A stretch of DNA of 64,000 nt, taken from Candidatus Poribacteria bacterium (GTDB taxonomy: Bacteria; Poribacteria; WGA-4E; WGA-3G). The notes beneath the pieces were generated by a model, which had not been told where the DNA came from, did no database searches, and worked only from the letters and a program-made list of their open reading frames with translations. Shown here piece after piece: positions 60,598 through 64,000 of the stretch. Position numbers and translations under genes: made by a program. Positions within the stretch are counted from its first letter, which is position 1, and each line of letters opens with the position of its first letter. Location of the stretch: positions 928,001 through 992,000 of the forward strand of contig CAXXUA010000005.1 in the NCBI GenBank assembly GCA_963663765.2, in the 5' to 3' direction.

Positions 60598-61650
60598 CTA
60601 CCTTATATCAGGTGGAATATAACGATTTCCATACATCAAAATAATTTTCTGATGAATAAAGTTGTATTTTGCCATATTACAGGTGCGTAGTTTATCTGGA
60701 TATACAAGATAATATCCCAGACTTTCTGCCATATCTTCATTTGGATTATGCATAAAAGCATAGTCTGTTACGAATTCTGATCGCTTTTTATTAGTTGACC
60801 ATCCATGATCACTCTCTACATTTCTATGCCATCCTCCAAGTTTTATCCATTCATTTTTTAGATGAGTTGGAAATAGATGAGACCATAAGAAATGTGCCTT
60901 TTCATGAGCTAACAACCTCTTGATTTGACTGGCATGACCATTATCAAGAAAAGATGTTTTAAATTCAATAAAACCACTGCTTGTCCATGCTTTCGCTGCA
61001 GCACCCCCTCCTAATTCCTCATCTCTACTAACAATATGCTTTAATTGTGGAAACTTGTGCAGTACTTTCGGGAATGCCTCAAGTATTGAGATAAAAGTCA
61101 TTAAGTCTTCGTTATCAATCTCACTAAAGCCTTTTGGAGATACATTTGCTGCAGCATAAGTAGGCATTAGAATATAATCTTTTACATCTTCAGTCACATC
61201 TACGCTTACACCATACCTTTCCTGCAATATCCGTATTAGCGCAGGTCTGTTCGTCCCATGTTCTGATATGAATTGCACGACAGCCTTAAACAAACGTTTG
61301 TCAGATGGCAATGCCTGCTCAGACTCGTCAACCTGAAATACATCTCTGCTAATGGTAACAGATTTCATACCCGCTTGCGTTTCTATTTTAATGTCATTGC
61401 CTAAATCCTCATTGCTTATTTTCCACACTGAGTGCTGGGTAGGTTGGTCTGGTGATATGGAATTAAATATTTTCAACAACTTTTGTGCTTGTTCTGTTGT
61501 CCACGTAGCGTCTAAACGCACATAGTGGCTATCTCCAAGTTGTGAAATAGGATCATCTTTCTTTGGCTCATATTGCAGATATGATAGACAACCAACTTGA
61601 GAAATAATAATAACGGCAAAAAGAATGTTCTTTACAATTCCTTTTTTCAT
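60598..61650 (-). CDS. Lipoprotein with HExxH zinc-peptidase motif
   Basis: Lipobox QVGC; AHEKAHFLW; FVTDYA..NPNEDMAES. Confidence 0.75.
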   Translation of the reverse strand: MKKGIVKNILFAVIIISQVGCLSYLQYEPKKDDPISQLGDSHYVRLDATWTTEQAQKLLKIFNSISPDQPTQHSVWKISNEDLGNDIKIETQAGMKSVTISRDVFQVDESEQALPSDKRLFKAVVQFISEHGTNRPALIRILQERYGVSVDVTEDVKDYILMPTYAAANVSPKGFSEIDNEDLMTFISILEAFPKVLHKFPQLKHIVSRDEELGGGAAAKAWTSSGFIEFKTSFLDNGHASQIKRLLAHEKAHFLWSHLFPTHLKNEWIKLGGWHRNVESDHGWSTNKKRSEFVTDYAFMHNPNEDMAESLGYYLVYPDKLRTCNMAKYNFIHQKIILMYGNRYIPPDIR

Positions 61651-61879
61651 GGGTGACTCCTTTTCCAAGCCGTAGTTGGAAGTGATCTACTGATAATCTT
61701 TGCAGTTAGGACAGAACTTCTGTAATCATTAACTTCAAGTAGAGAAGCATCTGATCAACGGTTAACGGTTGGTCTGTTGCAGACTCGCACACTCTCCCTA
61801 AAGCAAAATCAGCATTTCACCGTTATACATAGTGTTTCTTATTGTGTATCTTATTTTTTCCTTGTTTATTATAGTATAC

Positions 61880-62579
61880 TATAGTTTGGACAATTTTCAT
61901 CTTGTAGAAGTTGATTATTCAACAGAACGTCTATTTTTCTACGAGTTTCGTATATGCGTGAAACTGGAGTAAATGCTGCACTCCAACGGAGTGCCATGTT
62001 TATAGAAGACGGAATATCCGCATTCTTGCTCTCCAGCGGAGTTGTTAGTTGACAATTTGGCTAAAAACATATTGCTCCGCTGGAGCAAAGAGGGATTCCG
62101 TTTTGTTCGTTTTTCGTGATTTAACGAGTTGTGCTAAATAACTATATGTTAATCATTGTTTCACATAAGCATGACGTTTTGCAGGTGTCCTTCATAGTTT
62201 GAAACGATCTTCAGTCCCGACAAATGCCATACGCGCATTTGGCGTTGATTTGGTAGGGACGATATGTTTATAGAAAAACGTCATAGTACATCATCTTTAG
62301 TCCCGTAGGGACGAAATGTGCGCATTATAAACCTAATATATGCAGGACTTACGCACCCAACGGTAGGCGTGCTTTGTAAGCGCGCCGGAAACCTGTAAAA
62401 ATGCTGATAATTACATCATTTTCATCATAATTCATGATTAAATCAAGAAACTGTGTAAGTCCTGATATGTAAAAACTTTGAAAACAATGGGTTAACTGGC
62501 ACAAGTCGTTGATTTAGTAACATAAGCGGTGAACCGATTTCTTATCAACTCATGTTTGGAAAAAACTGTCCAAACTATA
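61880..62579. mobile_element. ~700-bp composite MITE containing REP clusters and a nested MITE
   Basis: Inverted ends TATAGTTTGGACAATTTT / AAAACTGTCCAAACTATA; internal CTCCAGCGGAG and TCCCGTAGGGA hairpins. Confidence 0.6.
62343..62464. mobile_element. CAGGACTTACGCA-ended MITE with 5-bp TSD
   Basis: TIRs CAGGACTTACGCA / TGTGTAAGTCCTG; TSD ATATG. Confidence 0.75.
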
Positions 62580-62587
62580 GTATAGAT

Positions 62588-62810
62588 CCTACACTCCGCA
62601 CTTGTTTTAATACATTTTTATAATATTGGGATAAACCCGTATCACACAAGGATTCGCACAAAATAATGGTGATTTTGAGTTCTATATTTTGAGACAAAAC
62701 CGAACTTGTTATTTTATCATTTTAAATTGAAATTGTTTGCTAAATATAGTCTCCACGCGGGTTTATCAAATTATTATCGAAAAACGCAAATCAGAAGTGC
62801 GGAGTGTCGG
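62588..62810. mobile_element. MITE with IS1634-like ends and 6-bp TSD, inserted into the left end of the TATAG MITE
   Basis: TIRs CCTACACTCCGCACTT / AAGTGCGGAGTGTCGG; TSD ATAGAT at 62582-62587 and 62811-62816. Confidence 0.75.
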
Positions 62811-62951
62811 ATAGATTAGAATTAAAGAGACATTCAATGAACTTGAAACTACCACAAAATCCGTAGGGGCGGGGTTTCCCCGCCCGTTGTGATATGTCCC
62901 ATTAATTGTAAATTCAACTATAGAATACGTTAGTGCTTTTGTCAAATCAAT

Positions 62952-63983
62952 TTACCTGCTTATCAATACATCAGGTGAAATATAACGACTGCCAAACGTT
63001 AGTATTATTTTTTCATGAATAAACTTATATTTTTCCATAGAACTGGAGCGAAGTATATTAGGATACACCAGATAATACGCGACACTTTCTGCCATATCCT
63101 CGTTGGGATTCCTTTGATATGCGTAATCTGATACAAATTTACTGCGGTCATTCGTTGTTGACCATCCAAATGGGGCATCTGGGTCTTCATGCCATCCACC
63201 CAGTTTAATCCATTCCTGTTGTAGTTGTTCTGAGAAAAGATGCGTCCATAAAAAATGTGTCTTTTCGTGTGCAATGAGTCGGCGAACATCATCTACATTT
63301 GATAAGCCAAAAATAAATTCGGCAAACTCAATATAACCCCTTTGTTCCCATGAAAACGCTGGCGGTCTGATGTTACTGTCAATTCTACGAATGAAATATT
63401 TTAACTGTGGAATTTTGTGTAAGGCTTTAGGGAATTCCTCAAGTATTGATATAAAGAGCATGAGATCTTTGTTCTCAAATTCTGAATAGTGTTGGGCTGT
63501 CTCATTTGTCGTGTATTGTGTCAATATATCATAAGAAGGTATGTCTACACTAATGCCATATCTTTCCTTCATTATCAGTTTGAGTGCCTCTCTGTTTGTA
63601 CCATTCTCCGTCATGAAATGAACGAATGCATAAAAAAGTCGTTTTTCTATTGTCGAACTGTTTTGCGTTCCATCTATTGTAAATACATCCCTACTCAAAG
63701 TGACGGAAGCTTGTCCTGTTTGAAATTCAATTTTAATTTCATTTTGTAATTCATCACTGATGTTCCATATAGATATAGGGGTATTTAAAGTTGGTGCTAT
63801 AGATTGTAGTATTTTTAGAAGTGTCTGCGCGTGGTTTGCCGTCCAAGTAGAATCTAAACGGACAGAATAATTCTGTTCCAGTTGCAGAATAGGATCGTCT
63901 GTCTTTGTTGCAAAACGAGAGGTCGCACAACCTAATTGTAAAACAATGATTGAAAACAGAAGAAGAGAGATTGTTTTTCGCAT
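62952..63983 (-). CDS. Lipoprotein with HExxH zinc-peptidase motif (paralog of 60598-61650)
   Basis: Lipobox QLGC; AHEKTHFLW; FVSDYA..NPNEDMAES. Confidence 0.75.
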   Translation of the reverse strand: MRKTISLLLFSIIVLQLGCATSRFATKTDDPILQLEQNYSVRLDSTWTANHAQTLLKILQSIAPTLNTPISIWNISDELQNEIKIEFQTGQASVTLSRDVFTIDGTQNSSTIEKRLFYAFVHFMTENGTNREALKLIMKERYGISVDIPSYDILTQYTTNETAQHYSEFENKDLMLFISILEEFPKALHKIPQLKYFIRRIDSNIRPPAFSWEQRGYIEFAEFIFGLSNVDDVRRLIAHEKTHFLWTHLFSEQLQQEWIKLGGWHEDPDAPFGWSTTNDRSKFVSDYAYQRNPNEDMAESVAYYLVYPNILRSSSMEKYKFIHEKIILTFGSRYISPDVLISR

Positions 63984-64000
63984 GATTATAATTTACTCTT

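Overview
Bacterial genomic DNA of roughly 40% GC. The gene content points to a sponge-symbiont Candidatus Poribacteria genome (inference): six secreted WD40 proteins, LamG/CBM9 proteins with a shared C-terminal KLAxxWGxLK tail, three PhyH dioxygenases, cohesin/dockerin and spondin modules, and a sialidase. Housekeeping and carbohydrate genes are interleaved with accessory DNA: a frameshifted IS982, a TnpB-only IS200/IS605 element, an HgiDII-like RM operon, two further MTases, and several PIN/HicB toxin-antitoxin genes. Intergenic regions are built from nested MITE shells and REP-like hairpins. I found no rRNA, tRNA or CRISPR array. Best leads: (1) a ~890-aa TPR protein ending in an antitoxin-like tail, translationally coupled to a VapC toxin; (2) a candidate C-terminal sorting signal on unrelated secreted proteins; (3) a MITE that inserts into REP hairpins and duplicates the stem-loop symmetrically; (4) 34-36 nt nested micro-hairpin insertions; (5) a TnpB element that appears to have displaced an MTase C-terminus; (6) a TA islet bounded by a 99-bp duplication of the thiE 5' end. 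All family calls come from motif recognition by eye, not database searches.
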